DNA from: Octopus sinensis
Taxonomy: Eukaryota
Length of the DNA: 64,000 nt
Assembly (NCBI RefSeq): GCF_006345805.1
Contig: NC_043017.1
Span: 1,612,001 to 1,676,000 of the forward strand
Direction: 5' to 3'
Below are positions 13,911 through 27,132 of this stretch, piece after piece. The notes under the pieces were generated by a model. It made no database searches. It was not told where the DNA came from and was given only the letters and a program-made list of their open reading frames with translations. The first letter of the stretch is position 1; the number at the start of each line of letters is the position of its first letter. The position numbers and the translations under genes were made by a program.

Positions 13911-14909
13911 TTATATATATATGTGTGTGTGTGTGTGTATATATATACAACAATCAAAAGGGATTAGCCAATTTAGGCACACACCTAGAACACACTCTAA
14001 ATACAAAATCACTATCGTCCCTAGAATATAGTAAATGATATTTCCCTAATTTGCTGCGCAGTGGGACTGAAGACCGAACTCGTAACTACGAGGTTTCAAG
14101 AGAAATATTTAAGCATACCGTTTTACGGGCGTCTACAATTCTGTAATTCACAACATTAGAAATTGCCAACGGGAAATTGCCAACTGAAATTCGACGTCTC
14201 GCGAGATTTTTTATTTTTGACGGGAATTATTGTCGACGTGAACAAAAGTGTTTAAGAAAGAGGAAATATCAGAACTCCCCTTACGGTTGTTCGTGTGCAT
14301 TAGAGCGAAACAATTGATTCTGCTTGGAGTCATACAGCTTATTATTTTGTGTCTTTGTTCAATTTCTGTTGATGCAATTGTCTTGTGAAATCCCGACATC
14401 ATTATAATAACTGACAACTAATGTTTTTCTTCTGTTTTAGTTCTTCGTAATTTCTTCTTTGCAACGAGTGAAATGAAACGCAATACAACAAAGTTATTTT
14501 TGAGTAGGATAATTCTTTTGCATTAAAATCTACTACTTTCCATGAATAAATTTTATAACATAATAATCATGGATTACGCCAGTTTTGTTTAACCACAGAA
14601 ATCTGGGACCAACTTAACATAACCTAGATATCCGAAGTCATATTTTGCTGGTTTAAGACTACAACTGCTTTTAGAATGAAATATAATTTCGAAGACTTAC
14701 ACGAATATTTTTGCAAATCCAAATTGGGTGGTGCTAGCTGAGCGGAATCATATTTACGCATAACAAGACAATTATTCACGGGACCAATATCGAATTCTTG
14801 TTGACAAATAAGTCAAATTGAGAAGAACACATTCAACAGAATTTTATTATTATTGTTTATTTTTAAGATGCTGAGCTGGCAGGATCGTTAGCACGCTGGC
14901 AAAATTGTA

Positions 14910-15140
14910 TGACATACAACAGGAATACAAAATGGCAGGTCGTTAGTAAGGAGAGACACTAAAAAGAAAGAAGAAAGCAAAGGACCACTGTTGAGATCAC
15001 AGAAGTGTGACGAAAGAACTCTGGTCGAAATACAATTAATATAAAATAAGACTGAAGCAAGTGAACACCAGATATATAGTGCGTGTGTTTTCATTGCATA
15101 AACTGGCAACATGACCATCTCCAAATACAACATTATCTGT
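14910..15140 (+). mobile_element. Small non-autonomous repeat carrying a minimal hammerhead-like fold (PLE/retrozyme-like)
   Basis: A second copy lies inverted at 8041-8190. It contains the hammerhead-like arrangement at 14983-15026. Confidence 0.65.
14983..15026 (+). ncRNA. Type I minimal hammerhead ribozyme-like sequence (mutated core, probably inactive)
   Basis: GACCA-CTGTTGA-GATCAC-AGAAGT-GTGAC-GAAA-GAAC-TC-TGGTC. Stem I is GACCA/TGGTC, stem II is TCAC/GTGA, stem III is 2 bp, the NUH triplet is CUC. Deviations from consensus: core A6>U and a mismatch at the base of stem II. Confidence 0.6.
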
Positions 15141-15226
15141 TTCAACACACGAATTCACAACAATAATCTTGGAAAACGAATATATAAACGTATGTATGTG
15201 TGTGTGAGTGTGCATACATTTATATC

Positions 15227-15264
<38 letters not shown>

Positions 15265-15290
15265 CATACATACATACATACATACATACA

Positions 15291-15321
<31 letters not shown>

Positions 15322-15545
15322 GCGCAGATGTGAATATGTGTGTTACCTGAACATTGATGTATCTTTATGTGCGGTTGTTATCGATGCTGTTACTGTTGAT
15401 GTCGACGTTGTTGCTACCGATGCTTTTGGTTCCGGCATTATTGATGTTGAAGTTTTAATGAGGGCAGCACCAGCACCAACAACAGAGTAGAAGCACCGTC
15501 AATATTAACAGAAACTCAATCGCCAACAGCCGTTTGCGGCGGTAA

Positions 15546-15878
15546 GTCCGGTGTTCCGGTAACACGTTCAAACAGCGCCTCTCCCACCACAGATCCGCTT
15601 TCATGATTCCGGAAAGGAGATACGCTATGTGCTTAGCCGACCATCTATGCCGGCTGAAAGATGACGGTACTCCACACGTACTCTCATTGAAAATCCTAGG
15701 CAGTCCAATCCCCAACATAAATGGGACTAAGCGTTTTAAAGTGAGCATAGCCGAACATGAATCCCTCGACACAGGGAACATGCTTAACTCCAGGATGGAG
15801 GCCTATGGAACCTGCTCGCACTTCAAGAAACTCCTGCTGGTGTCATGGGAACCACATACGAATAGAGTCAGTCATTAA
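15546..15878 (+). mobile_element. Penelope-like element GIY-YIG endonuclease C-terminal fragment
   Basis: Open frame GNTFKQRLSHHRSAF...LADHLCRLKD...SLKILG...TKRFKVSIAE...LNSRMEAYGTCSHFKKLLL parallels the PLE endonuclease pattern FKxRxxxHxSxF...LSxHIWxLK...WxIL...KRCxLCxxE...LNxRxExxxxCxHxxKxLL. Confidence 0.75.
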
Positions 15879-16115
15879 AAGCAGTCAAAGAGAGACAATC
15901 TCTTGTTGTTGACAGTAACGAAGCCTTGTTCTCCATGTTCTAGAAAAGCCATTTGCTAGATGTCATAGGCCTAGGTTCCAAAGAAACGCCATAAAGCTAA
16001 GCTCTTTATGGATGTGAGGCATAAGGTTACACCATGGACCGGCTATATCTGTCGTTATATCTATATCTATCTATCACTCTCACTCTCCCTGTTTTTATAT
16101 ATCTCTCTCTCTCTC

Positions 16116-16175
<60 letters not shown>

Positions 16176-16327
16176 CACATAGTTAATCTAAACATGGAGA
16201 CACAAAGAGAAAACACAACAACACGAGGACGTGGAACAAGTATAGTGTTATTGGACACTCAGGAAAGGAAAGAAAGGAGGAGGATTTAACTCTTCGTCAG
16301 AAACGTAGAAAAAGGAAAAAAGTCCAA

Positions 16328-16432
16328 GGAAGGCTTTGGTCGGCCGGAGGCTATAGTAGAAGACACTTGCCGAAGTTTCTACGCAGTGGGACTGAACCTG
16401 GAACCATGTGGTTCGTAAGCAAGCTACTCCTA
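16328..16432 (-). mobile_element. SINE family B 5' fragment
   Basis: aggctttggtcggccggaggctatagtagaagacacttgcc...gcagtgggactgaacctggaaccatgtggtt...aagcaagctact has the same structure as 56800-56912 and 61880-62000. Confidence 0.85.
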
Positions 16433-17714
16433 CGTGTCTTGTTTATTTTGATTATTTTACTGTTTTTGCTATAATTTCTGCTTTTCTTTTTCGTGTAAAA
16501 TCTCCAAATCGGTCATCTCGTGGCACTTCAAGACCAATTTCTTGAGATTGGTTCTCCATTAGAATATTTAGTCTTGCCAGTGGTGGTGGCGGCGTTGGTG
16601 GTGGCAGTAACGATGACGGCGGCAGCAGCAGTAGTTTTAATAGGAGTAGAGACAGCAGCAGCAGCTGTAGCAGCAGCTGTAGCACCAGCCAGTAGTAGTA
16701 GTAGTAGTAGTAGTTGTAGTATTTGTTTTTGCTGGTGGTGTTGAGTTGAACATCGATATTTTTGTTTGCTCAGCTTAATTCTGATAAACGAGCGTCGCAG
16801 TTCTGTTCTTGTTTCTGCCATTATGATATTTGGAACCTAGTCTTACCATTATCTCAATGATTACACAACAATATCTACAGTGTTTTTGCAGCAAGAGAGT
16901 TGGTTGTGTGTTTGTGTTGTGTGTGTGATTATTCTTCTTCTCTTTATTGCTGTGGTAATCGCGGTTTTGATTGCGATGTTAATATGCGTGTAAGTGTGTG
17001 TGGATGTGTATGGGGAGAAGAGTACCGGTGGAGTGTGGTGTGATGTGGACACAGTTCCGGCTGGATTCCTTGACATGCCATTAAGTGTAGACGCGTTTGA
17101 TTTTATTTGGTGTCTAAAAGCATCGTCTTTTGGAAAGTAAAAACTGAAAATCCAATAGAGTGTTAGAAATACGGTTTGTTATATAATCTGAAAGGAATTA
17201 CAGAGAGTGGAACGGCCTGCAGGTAACCTGTAAAAGGATAAAAGCAAAGAAGGAAGGAAGGAGGGAAGGAAGGAATAATGGAGGAATGTACGGATGTGAT
17301 AAAGTAAGACTGAAAGAGAAAGTAAGGAAACGAAAGGAGGTAAGAATGGGAGAGGGGGAAATAAGGAAGGAAAGAAACAAAGAGAGAATAAATTAGAAGA
17401 CAACGAGTGGTAAGACAGAGAAAGAACGAAAATAGAGAAAGAGTTAAAGAAAGAATAGAAATACAGAGAGGAAGGAAGAAAAGGAAAGAAAGAAAGAAAA
17501 GAAAAGGAAAAGGAAGAGAAAGAGAGAAAATGAATGAAAGAAAGGAAGAAGGGAAAAACGCTGTTTCATCTTGGTTCCTAGCAGAAGATTCTCTGGAGGT
17601 CGTTTTGTGAAGAGAGATTAATACTAAACTGGAAATATATGTGAAATAATGTAAAAAGGTTTTTAGAAAAACTCTTAGAAATCTCACCGAGAATAACCAC
17701 GAGATTATTATGAT

Positions 17715-17775
17715 GTCAGCATTGGGTTACTGATGATCAAGAAATCAGGAAACGCATTGCTGGTGCGAAATGATC
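17715..17775 (+). mobile_element. Possible RTE-type LINE reverse-transcriptase thumb relic
   Basis: The short translation TDDQEIRKRIAGAK resembles the RTE-clade DxEIxxRIAxAK motif. Support is very short. Confidence 0.3.
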
Positions 17776-18224
17776 TCTGACCATACATGTGTTTATGTGT
17801 GCGCTCGGGTTTGCGTGCGTGTATGTGTATGTATGCGCGCGTGTATATGAGTAAATGTGTGTATTATATTTGTATTTATGTATATAAATTTAAATCTCTT
17901 ACTCATTCCTTCCTTCTTTTTCTTTCTTCTCTCTCTCTCTTTGTATAAATGTAATGAATGTATATATGAATGAATGCATGTATATATGTGTGTATGTATT
18001 CAAATAAGGGCGACTAGAAGAACACTTATATAAATCCCCTCAAATGAAAACTAAGGAAAAAAACCCTATGTATTTTAAATGTTTATTTTTGTTTTTCCCT
18101 TAAATATTACTTACTGATGAATCCAAGTTTGACTATTAAGATGTCCAGTTTATGAATACCTTGGTCCATTTGTCGGAAACAACTATAGAGGATGTAAGGT
18201 ATACTAGCCATATCAATATGGCTA

Positions 18225-18465
18225 ACCACTAAGGGTGGGTGTTACTGTAGCTTGTAGCCCCAGGAGAACATCGTCTCCAGCTGGCTTTAGGCACACTTTC
18301 TGTGCCCTTATGGTATTTGCAAAGAGAGGTCATCCCTCCCTCGTCAACCTAAGTGATACGCACGGACTGCAGTTTCTAGGTATTGACCTGTCGTCGGCAA
18401 TCACGTACGACAATCACCGGTTTTCGATGAAGGGATGAAACTTCCTTCCTACACCTCAGACCCTG
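18225..18465. repeat. Probable interspersed repeat remnant (family unassigned)
   Basis: A GC-richer island between microsatellites, resembling a repeat I recall from cephalopod genomes. No second copy is present in this window. Confidence 0.35.
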
Positions 18466-18466
18466 G

Positions 18467-18547
<81 letters not shown>

Positions 18548-18907
18548 CCTTTCGGGGAATGGCTCTTCGTCGGAAACAGGAAAGAGGAAGGCTCTTGGCG
18601 GCTTTATAATCTGCTCGAGGTATCGCATTATCGGTTTTTCCTATTGAGGAAGGCTAAGGAAACACACACAAGCGTCTTGGATTCTACTAGGGATTCTTCC
18701 GTGGTAACTGCGGGAAAATCGCTTTTAAAATTAAAAAATATATCACAAACTTATTTGAACTAAGTTAAAAGTTCGTTTATTTCTCATCGTTGCTTAGCTC
18801 TGTGCAACTCTATATATAGTGTATGTATGTATCATGTATGCATTATATGTATGCACGCATGCATGTATGTATACACACACATTCAAACATACACACACAC
18901 ACATATA

Positions 18908-19222
18908 CAAGGTATGATCTATAAGTTTTCGAATAGTCGTCATATTAAAACAAGGCTAAAGCACGTAGATTGGAGCCGCTGGACAAAGACAGACTTTCAA
19001 TTCTGCTGCGCATGCTCACAAAGTTTTGATGTCCTAGCTCGCTTCCGCTGCTTGCAGCTGTGATTAGAAGAAAGGTGTGTAGCGTGTGGTCGTCCTATCA
19101 ACTATGACAGAGAGTTGACACAATCCGATTCCTGATCAGAAGCCTGCAAAATGCTTCAGAATGTGTATGGAGCGGAGGGTCTGAGCCCTACACAAGTGTA
19201 CGAGTGGTTGAGACGTTTACAA
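18908..19222 (+). mobile_element. Mariner 5' end remnant (TIR, promoter region and N-terminal HTH)
   Basis: TA followed by CAAGGTATGATC, a mariner-type terminal repeat. Downstream translation LQNVYGAEGLSPTQVYEWLRRL matches the mariner L..VYG...LS..QVYEW..RF pattern. Confidence 0.75.
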
Positions 19223-20164
19223 AAAGTAACTCTCCACCGGGCATTTACTGCGTTTAGGGACAATATTGTATTGCGTGTCACATATAAACCATGGAAGCTC
19301 AGTAACCGACCTTAGATATGTCGAAGCAAGTGAGACAGTAATATTCAAGGATTGATGATGACGGTAAAATTCCGTGTACAGAATCTTTTGTTCACGAGGT
19401 TCCAACAACATCAATTAATTGGTCGTACCAAAGCCAGAACAGAAATCTCCTGCCTCAACGTACTCAAACTACCAAGCGGTTAGATCGAAACAGGAAAGCG
19501 TGTAACTGCAAAGGAAACTTCTTCAGCGTCACACGACATCCATGTCCTTCGTCGCCATATTTACTTAATTAATTAAGCTATTGATTTTAAATTCCATTCC
19601 CCTCTGTTGTCTCCTTTTGCACGCTTCCATAAATGTCAAATGGAATTCCATGCAGCCCTTTGTTCTTCTTGTTCGTCTTAATGTTGTTTGAATAATACAT
19701 CTAATGCTTGCAGGATTTCAAGCGAACATATCGCACATACGCATACATAAACACCCCCATGCACACACATAGATGCCTTTCCGCCTGTTTACACATACAA
19801 AGACACACAACACGGGTGTTTATTGATATACACCTTCGCTTTCTCATAACTTTTTCCCGATTTTCCCTCTAACTTTTCAATATTTCATTTCCTCTTTCAT
19901 TGACACTCTTTTTCTCGCTTTCTCTTTCTTTCACTCTCTCCCCCTCTCTCTCTCTCTCTCTCTCTCTCTCGCTCGGATCTTTATCGTCAGGTTCTCCCAT
20001 TTCTCTACTTTAATTCTCCCCATCGCTATCTCTCACTCTTTTTCTCTCTATATATATTTCTTTCGTTCTTTCTCTCTCTGTCTCTATTCTCTCCGCCCTC
20101 TTTTTTTCCTCTTTCATTTCCTCTTAGCCTTCCTCTCGTTACTGTCTACCTATCTATCTATCTC

Positions 20165-20197
<33 letters not shown>

Positions 20198-20221
20198 ATA
20201 TCTATCTATCTATATCTATCC

Positions 20222-20276
<55 letters not shown>

Positions 20277-20277
20277 C

Positions 20278-20312
<35 letters not shown>

Positions 20313-20721
20313 CATCTATCTATCTATCTATCTATCTACCTATCTATCTATCTATCTATCTATCTTTCTATCTATCTCTCTCTATATATATAAATCCGTA
20401 CATACAAACACATACACACACACACATATGTATATATGCATACGTATATGTTCATATATTTATCTTTTTCGTGGTCCCTTTTGCTCTTACGCTCATGCAT
20501 TCCTTATTTCCACACTCCGTTTCTCCAACCTATTCTTTTCCCCTTCTCATCCCCTCTTTCTCTCCAAACATTTTCATTCCTCTCCCTCCTTCGCTCTCTG
20601 CGCTCTATTCTCTCCACCCTCTTTCGTTTCCTTTTAGTCTTTCTCTCCTTACCGTCTTTCGCTCCAAACTTTTCCCAGTCATAATCCATTCCTTCCCCCT
20701 CTGTCCACTCCCTTTGTGTCC

Positions 20722-20764
<43 letters not shown>

Positions 20765-21232
20765 CTTGTGTTCATCTCTCTCAATTATGTATTAATATGC
20801 TTTGTCTCCATGCAATATAACATACGGCAAAGTGTTATTAATTCGTGGCTCTTGTCATAATCTCAGACAGCATTGTTATGTTCCTGATTTAAACACTTTC
20901 ATACGAGGTTCCACTCCATACGTCCCCGGGTTCTATGACTCTGTTTTATATAGATGACGTGGTTAGAGCTGTAGTGAAGCATATTTCTATTATAAATCCT
21001 TATATCAATTATTCTATTTTCATTGTTGTTAGGGCTTACACTGTTGATCTTCTCAATGTTATTTACACTCCTTCTCACATCGACTTTCAACAAGCAGCTA
21101 GCACGTTTTAGATCCTTCCTTTTTTCTGCCATATCTGCTGGGGTTTCTTTGTATTCCCTTTATATATATAAATATAATGCTCTTTCAAAGAACATTATAT
21201 AATTTTAAACAGGGAAAAGTAAATATATATTC

Positions 21233-21283
21233 GAGTTCAGTCCCACTGCACGAAAACTTGCGCAAGTGTCTTCTACTACAGCC
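21233..21283 (+). mobile_element. SINE family B head fragment
   Basis: gagttcagtcccactgcacg...ttgcgcaagtgtcttctactacagcc is the reverse complement of the shared family-B segment. Confidence 0.7.
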
Positions 21284-22799
21284 ATGCGCACATTAACGAC
21301 TAATGAGTATATTTCGTTCAATGAAACTGTATTTGCTAAAAGAAATTCAAAACCTTGGTATAACTGTAAAAAAATAAAAGATAAAAGATTTTTCGTATCA
21401 TTCCCTTCGAAATTCTGCCCAATTTGTAGAAAATGTTGCTATTATTGAGCAACACTTTTCAATAGCTGTCAGTTTACGTAATAACAAACGTGAAGATATT
21501 GTTTAGTATTACTGAATAATATGAACCATAATCAAGTTAGTATTGCTTGCGTTTTGAAGGTAAATATTGTGGGTACATAAACATTCTATAATCAGTACAT
21601 CACATTCTCTTTATATATCGCCAATGAATTAATGGTTAAAAATCAATAATCAATTCACGTGATAATAGAGGGATTCACAAGCTGTTAGTCATTTTGAGTA
21701 CGTCTTTTAAAAGCAACATCAAAATCACACAAGTTGTAGAATGTATTGTTATTGGTAACTGATGCTCTTGAACTGTTGATAAAAATATTCTATGGAGTAG
21801 ACTGTGTTGAATGTAGAAGGGTTTGGAAGTCTGAGACAGTTTAGTAGAGTCATTTCAGTGCAGTTTTTCGGGATCGTTGATTCGTCGCTGGCTGATAACG
21901 ACATCAAACGTTTTAAATGTTTCTCTCATCCTCTACACTATCTCTCTGTCTCTATCTGTCTGTCTGTCTTTCTGTCTCTGGTCTCTTTGTTCATGGATGT
22001 GAGCATAATTCTCTTCATGTGTATGTTAAGAGGGAATGCTTGTCATCTCGGTTCAACTAATTAATGAATTCTTATGACTCTCTTACTCCTATTCTCCCTA
22101 GATCTCTGCTTCAGTGCCTCTGTGCTTGTGTGTGTTTACGTGTGTTTCTGCGTGTGTGTGTTGTTTTGTGTGTGTGTGTGTGTGTGTGCGCGTGCGCGCG
22201 CCCTTGTGTGTGTTTGCCACCAGTACCAATATATACGTTCGTGATAACAGGCTGAATATCCACCCTACCAAGCCAAACCATGCGTGACTGAACTACCCCG
22301 TTTAGTTGTATCATTAGGAAAGCGTTTAGGGAAAAGCCGCTGAAATTCGACTGAACCAATGTGAGATTTAGAGAAATTCTTTGCTATTTTATTTAAAAAA
22401 TGAAGAGAAAAAAAAATTCGAAAGAAAGAACTTATAGTTGAATCTAAGGAAATTTATGAGTAAACTTAGGGTGAAAGCTGAAGAGTTAGAATTTAGAATC
22501 TGAATATGTTCTGGCAGATGTGAAAGTGAATATCAGATATCTATTACTTTCGCCACCAGAAAACACCTCCCTGTAGACGATGTGTGTTTATAACAAACGC
22601 GAATTACAGGCGTAAAGGGACTCTCACATGCTGCCGTGTATGTCTCGTCGAGTCCGAGCTTCCTCTAGGACCTCTGGACCTGAAGAGATTAAGAGCTCTT
22701 GTTTATATGAACCAGCAAATAAATAAATTGCTGATGTCTGCGAAACAAATAACAAATCATGAGATATAAGTGGAAAAGCTAGAAACCAAGCAAAAACAC

Positions 22800-23500
22800 A
22801 TTTATTTATTTATTCTAAATAGTTTCTGGCAGATTCGGAAATGAAAACTTCAACGCTGTTGTTTTTCGTCATCGCAAAACATCTTGTGTTCATAATGCAC
22901 ACGGTTCACCGGTGTAACTGGACATCAACATACAGTGGTGTTTTGACCACATAACTCTTCAGTCGCAGATATCACACGGGAGAGAGGATTTTGACAAGAT
23001 CCCAATCTCTTGCATATAGGATGTAGAGAGGAATTAAAAGTAAAATTGGTTCAAATCTCTGCCCAATATGGTTGGGAAAAATTCTGCTTCCATTGCAAAG
23101 AAAATCAGTTTTGAGTATGTTACTCTTGTCGTCACTACCCAGCATCGTCAGCGAAACAATACCGCATGATCTGGAATGATCGTAAATAGTTGGAGGCTGT
23201 AAAACTGTTCAAAATTTGTTACACCAATGCCAATGTGGGTCAAAACTTTCATTATGTTATGTACAAATATACGAGGAAAATATGCACTTTGATTACTTCG
23301 TAGGGAACTTCATGCTTTGACAGATTCAACAGGACTTACGCAATTTTGCATTTTCAAAACGTAACGCATGTTTTTCGACAAATCTTGATGTTTACAATAT
23401 ATCTGAGTTCCTCCCTTGAAACTCGCCTACAATGTAATACATTGGAAGAATCCTTGTGTAAAGATTTGTATCCAATTAAGTAAATTTACTTCGAAATGCA
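22800..23500 (-). mobile_element. Highly decayed Tc1/mariner-superfamily transposase catalytic region
   Basis: Minus-strand pieces occur in the expected order: KVLTHIGIG (KVxVWxGI-like), ttt-cgc-t-gac-gat-gct (FQQDxA-like), FPNHIGQR (FPxRWIGR-like) and LPCD...LKSYVVKTP (PCDFxLWGxLKSxVY-like). Many frameshifts. Confidence 0.45.
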
Positions 23501-23574
23501 AAACTGCATATTATGTTTTATCAATCAAAACATAATCTTGGTTATTTTTGATATTACTGATGAATTGCAAGTTG

Positions 23575-23612
<38 letters not shown>

Positions 23613-23621
23613 CTCTATCTC

Positions 23622-23660
<39 letters not shown>

Positions 23661-23817
23661 ATCTATCTGTCTGTCGATCTCTCTTTCTCTCTCTCTCTAT
23701 CTATCTGTCCATCCATCCGTCTGTCTGTCCATCCGTCTGTTTGTCTGTCGCCCAGCGTGGCCACATTCTTAGCGCTAAAACTTAGTAACGAATAGAAGAT
23801 GAAATGTATATCTATGT

Positions 23818-24360
23818 ATAAAAAGGGTGTTTCAAAAAACATTTGATATCATTTCGCAATCTAATAAACTTTTTCCAGTTCTTGTCCAAATGACTTCAAA
23901 TTTTAATCGCAGGTGTTGAAACATGACAATATTTTATGTTTAATGTTTGATAAGTTTATATCTTCAGGTATAGAAATGTCATTCCTTGGAATAAAAAAGG
24001 CGTTTTGTGTGTTGGTGTATGCTGGAAGAAGACTGTAGTGTGCTTTTGTTAGAGAGTTCTCTAAAAAGTCACCAAGGATAATGCAGATTTGGACATAGCT
24101 CAAAAAATTCAAAGAGGAAGTTGTGTGTGCAGGGCAAAAGAACTTGGATGACCACTAACATCGGAAGAGATGGTCGAGCGGATTCGCCAAAAAGCCTGGC
24201 GAAGTTCCAAGTAGTTCCATAAGAAGAACAAGTCTGGAAACCAAAATTCCTCCAGCGACAGTTTGGCGTGTCCCGAGGAAACGCTTGCTGATGAAACCCT
24301 ACAAGCCAAGCTGCAGCTCGTTCAAGCCATAACAGCAGATAACTAGCTAAGCTCAAACAT
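23818..24360 (+). mobile_element. Tc1/mariner-superfamily element, 5' half (DUF4817-type HTH N-terminus)
   Basis: Terminal AGGGTGTTTCAAAAA. Frameshifted translation KAFCVLVYA...KKFKEE...TSEEMVERIRQ...SIRRTSLETKIPPATVWRVPRKRLLMKPYK..LQLVQAIT matches the transposase N-terminus. Confidence 0.85.
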
Positions 24361-25333
24361 GGCGCTATGTGAAGGGCCTGGTCTACGTCCCCATCTTCCT
24401 GCAAACCTATATATAGAGAGAGTCACACTGAGGATATTTAACGCTCTTATAAGGATATTTTTAGCCAAGATACACTGGATATTATATTTGAAGCGAAATT
24501 TTATATTTTATATTTTACCCACACACACACATATATATATATATATTTATATATCCATATATTTATATGTGTGAGTATGGAGGTGTATGAGTGTGCGTAT
24601 ATATATATACATATAAGCACATACACATTTATGCACACATACAAACAGGCGCCACAAACGCATGCATGCTAGAAGTTGGAAATCGAAATCAGCCCAGAGG
24701 AATGCTAAGATACAATATACTGATGCTATAAAGATCCATGTTATATATGTTATAAAAATATTGCAATCGACAAATCTTACCTCCCTTTGCATATGGACTT
24801 ACTTATATTATTAAAAGTGAATCTTTGATGAAACGAAATCCTCTAATTTAATTTCTGCTTTTCACCCAACTGATAAGTTTCCTTTTGTTGTTCAAGATAT
24901 CGAAACTGTTTGAAGATTCTCAATTACTTTCCTTATCAGGAAATACCAAGCTAATATTTTCGGTTAGACGAAACGCCAATACAATTTGGATCAAGTTTAT
25001 ATCCTCTCATCAAATCCTCTATCATTTTAATGTTTGACAGGAGTTTCGTTTTCAGAAGTCTTAATCCTAGAGATTCAGCGCAATTATAACATTCGTGTCC
25101 AACAGAGGACGGAGATTCTTTTTTATTAAGCTTCGTTAATATTTAATCAACAAGGGAAAGGCAAGATTGGATATCGGTATTATTGCAATAATTTTAAATG
25201 GCTTCTAAAATGAATGGATCTATACAGTTTTACCCATACGACAATTGCTAACATATGTATGGCGCCACACACACTGTCACACGCATACTATACACACACA
25301 TGCACGTACGCGCACGCACACACACACACACAC

Positions 25334-25378
<45 letters not shown>

Positions 25379-25601
25379 TATTTAAGACAGTTGGATATTC
25401 GGCTCCAAAGTTTTGCAGACGTCAAAAAGAAACCCAGATCCTTCGTGCATTGATAACCGTAAGGACAAACACAAGAAATGCAAGTTAACAACAGGAAACT
25501 CAATGTCCGTTTCTTTCTTTCCTCCTCTCACTCGTACTCACACACAAACCCACACATACACGCATATGTTTGTACATTCATATACATGTTCACACACACA
25601 C

Positions 25602-25643
<42 letters not shown>

Positions 25644-25649
25644 TCGACA

Positions 25650-25795
25650 AGGCGGCGAGCTGTCAGAAACATTAGCACGGCGGGCGAAATGCTTAGCACT
25701 ATTTTTAGATTCTGTGTCCAAATCGCACCAAGGAGAATTATATCTTTCATCCTTTCAGGGTCAATAAATTCTGCTCAAATATTGGTATCTATGGA
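25650..25795 (+). mobile_element. SINE family A 5' portion
   Basis: aaggcggcgagctgtcagaaacattagcacggcgggcgaaatgcttagc matches the head of the full copy at 46486. Confidence 0.85.
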
Positions 25796-26071
25796 ATCAA
25801 CGAATACTCTCCTCTCAAAATTGCTGAGCTTGTCACGAAGTCAGATACCATGTGTGTGTTAGTGTCTCTGTGTGCTATTCTAAGTATGTTTTGGTCTCTA
25901 TATGCAGTCGGGTATGTGTGTACTTCTGTGCATGTGTGTATGTTGTGCGGACCTATAAATATACAAATTTGGTTCAAGCGTCATTAACTTTTTACTTCCC
26001 TGTATTTTTCCCTTTGTTTATATTTTTCCCACTAAAACCACAAGTCCTGCTATAGATTTTACTGTCCAAAC

Positions 26072-26316
26072 CAATGGTTCTTAACCGGAATCCAAATGGT
26101 CCTTGAGTTCCATACAAGATTTTGTTGTTAAATATTATATTGGTAAAACTTCTGCAATACACACAAGGTAATTAAACAATTTTTTAATACAATTTCTAAC
26201 AATATTTTATTATAAAATTATAATCGGGTATTTACTCGTCAAGTTGCTATGAGGGTCAGCAAGAGTAAAATAGGAATGAAAGAGGTTTTTAGGCAAAAGG
26301 GGGTGAAGAAACAATA
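26072..26316. mobile_element. hAT (Charlie/MER5-like) MITE, degenerate
   Basis: Termini CAATGGTTCTTAACC and GGTGAAGAAACAATA form an imperfect TIR. The 8-bp flanks are gtccaaac and gcctaaac (6/8 match). The internal sequence resembles 35299-35643. Confidence 0.6.
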
Positions 26317-26789
26317 GCCTAAACTGTTAAAGCCGTGAATACGTGATGGTTGCAGTCAAACGGCTCGTACATGTAATAAAACACTGAATTGGGTAACCTA
26401 AGCCGTTTCAAGCTTAGTAGATATAATTATGAGGTGAGAATTATTGAAAATTATATTTCATCTTCGACATTTCAGCAAATAACAAGGGGGCACAACTTGT
26501 GACATGTTTTGATCTTATAGAGACACGGCGAGCAAAAGAAACGGAAATAATTATACAAGAAACATACTAGGTGAGGTAAACATACAGGTTTGGGTGGCTG
26601 CTAAAAGAACATAGATTAGGAAAGGATTGTTTTCGTGAAGAAAGTCTTCAGAGAGAAAGTGTATATGAGAAAACAAAAGAGTTAAGTTATTCACAAGATA
26701 TTTAATGCAAGGAAAATATTTAAATATTTTTTCTTCTTGAAGGTGGTGATATTTTTTCTCTTTGGAACCAAACATTGAGAAAATATTCT

Positions 26790-27132
<343 letters not shown>

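Noticed and set aside
19342-19570. Stop-free frame of about 76 codons (DDDGKIPCTESF...CNCKGNFF) after the mariner 5' relic
   Set aside because: No start, splice signals or recognisable motif. This length is expected by chance.
20899-21132. ORF MAEKRKDLKRASCLLKVDVRR...
   Set aside because: It looks protein-like at the start, but I recognise no family and it has no supporting context.
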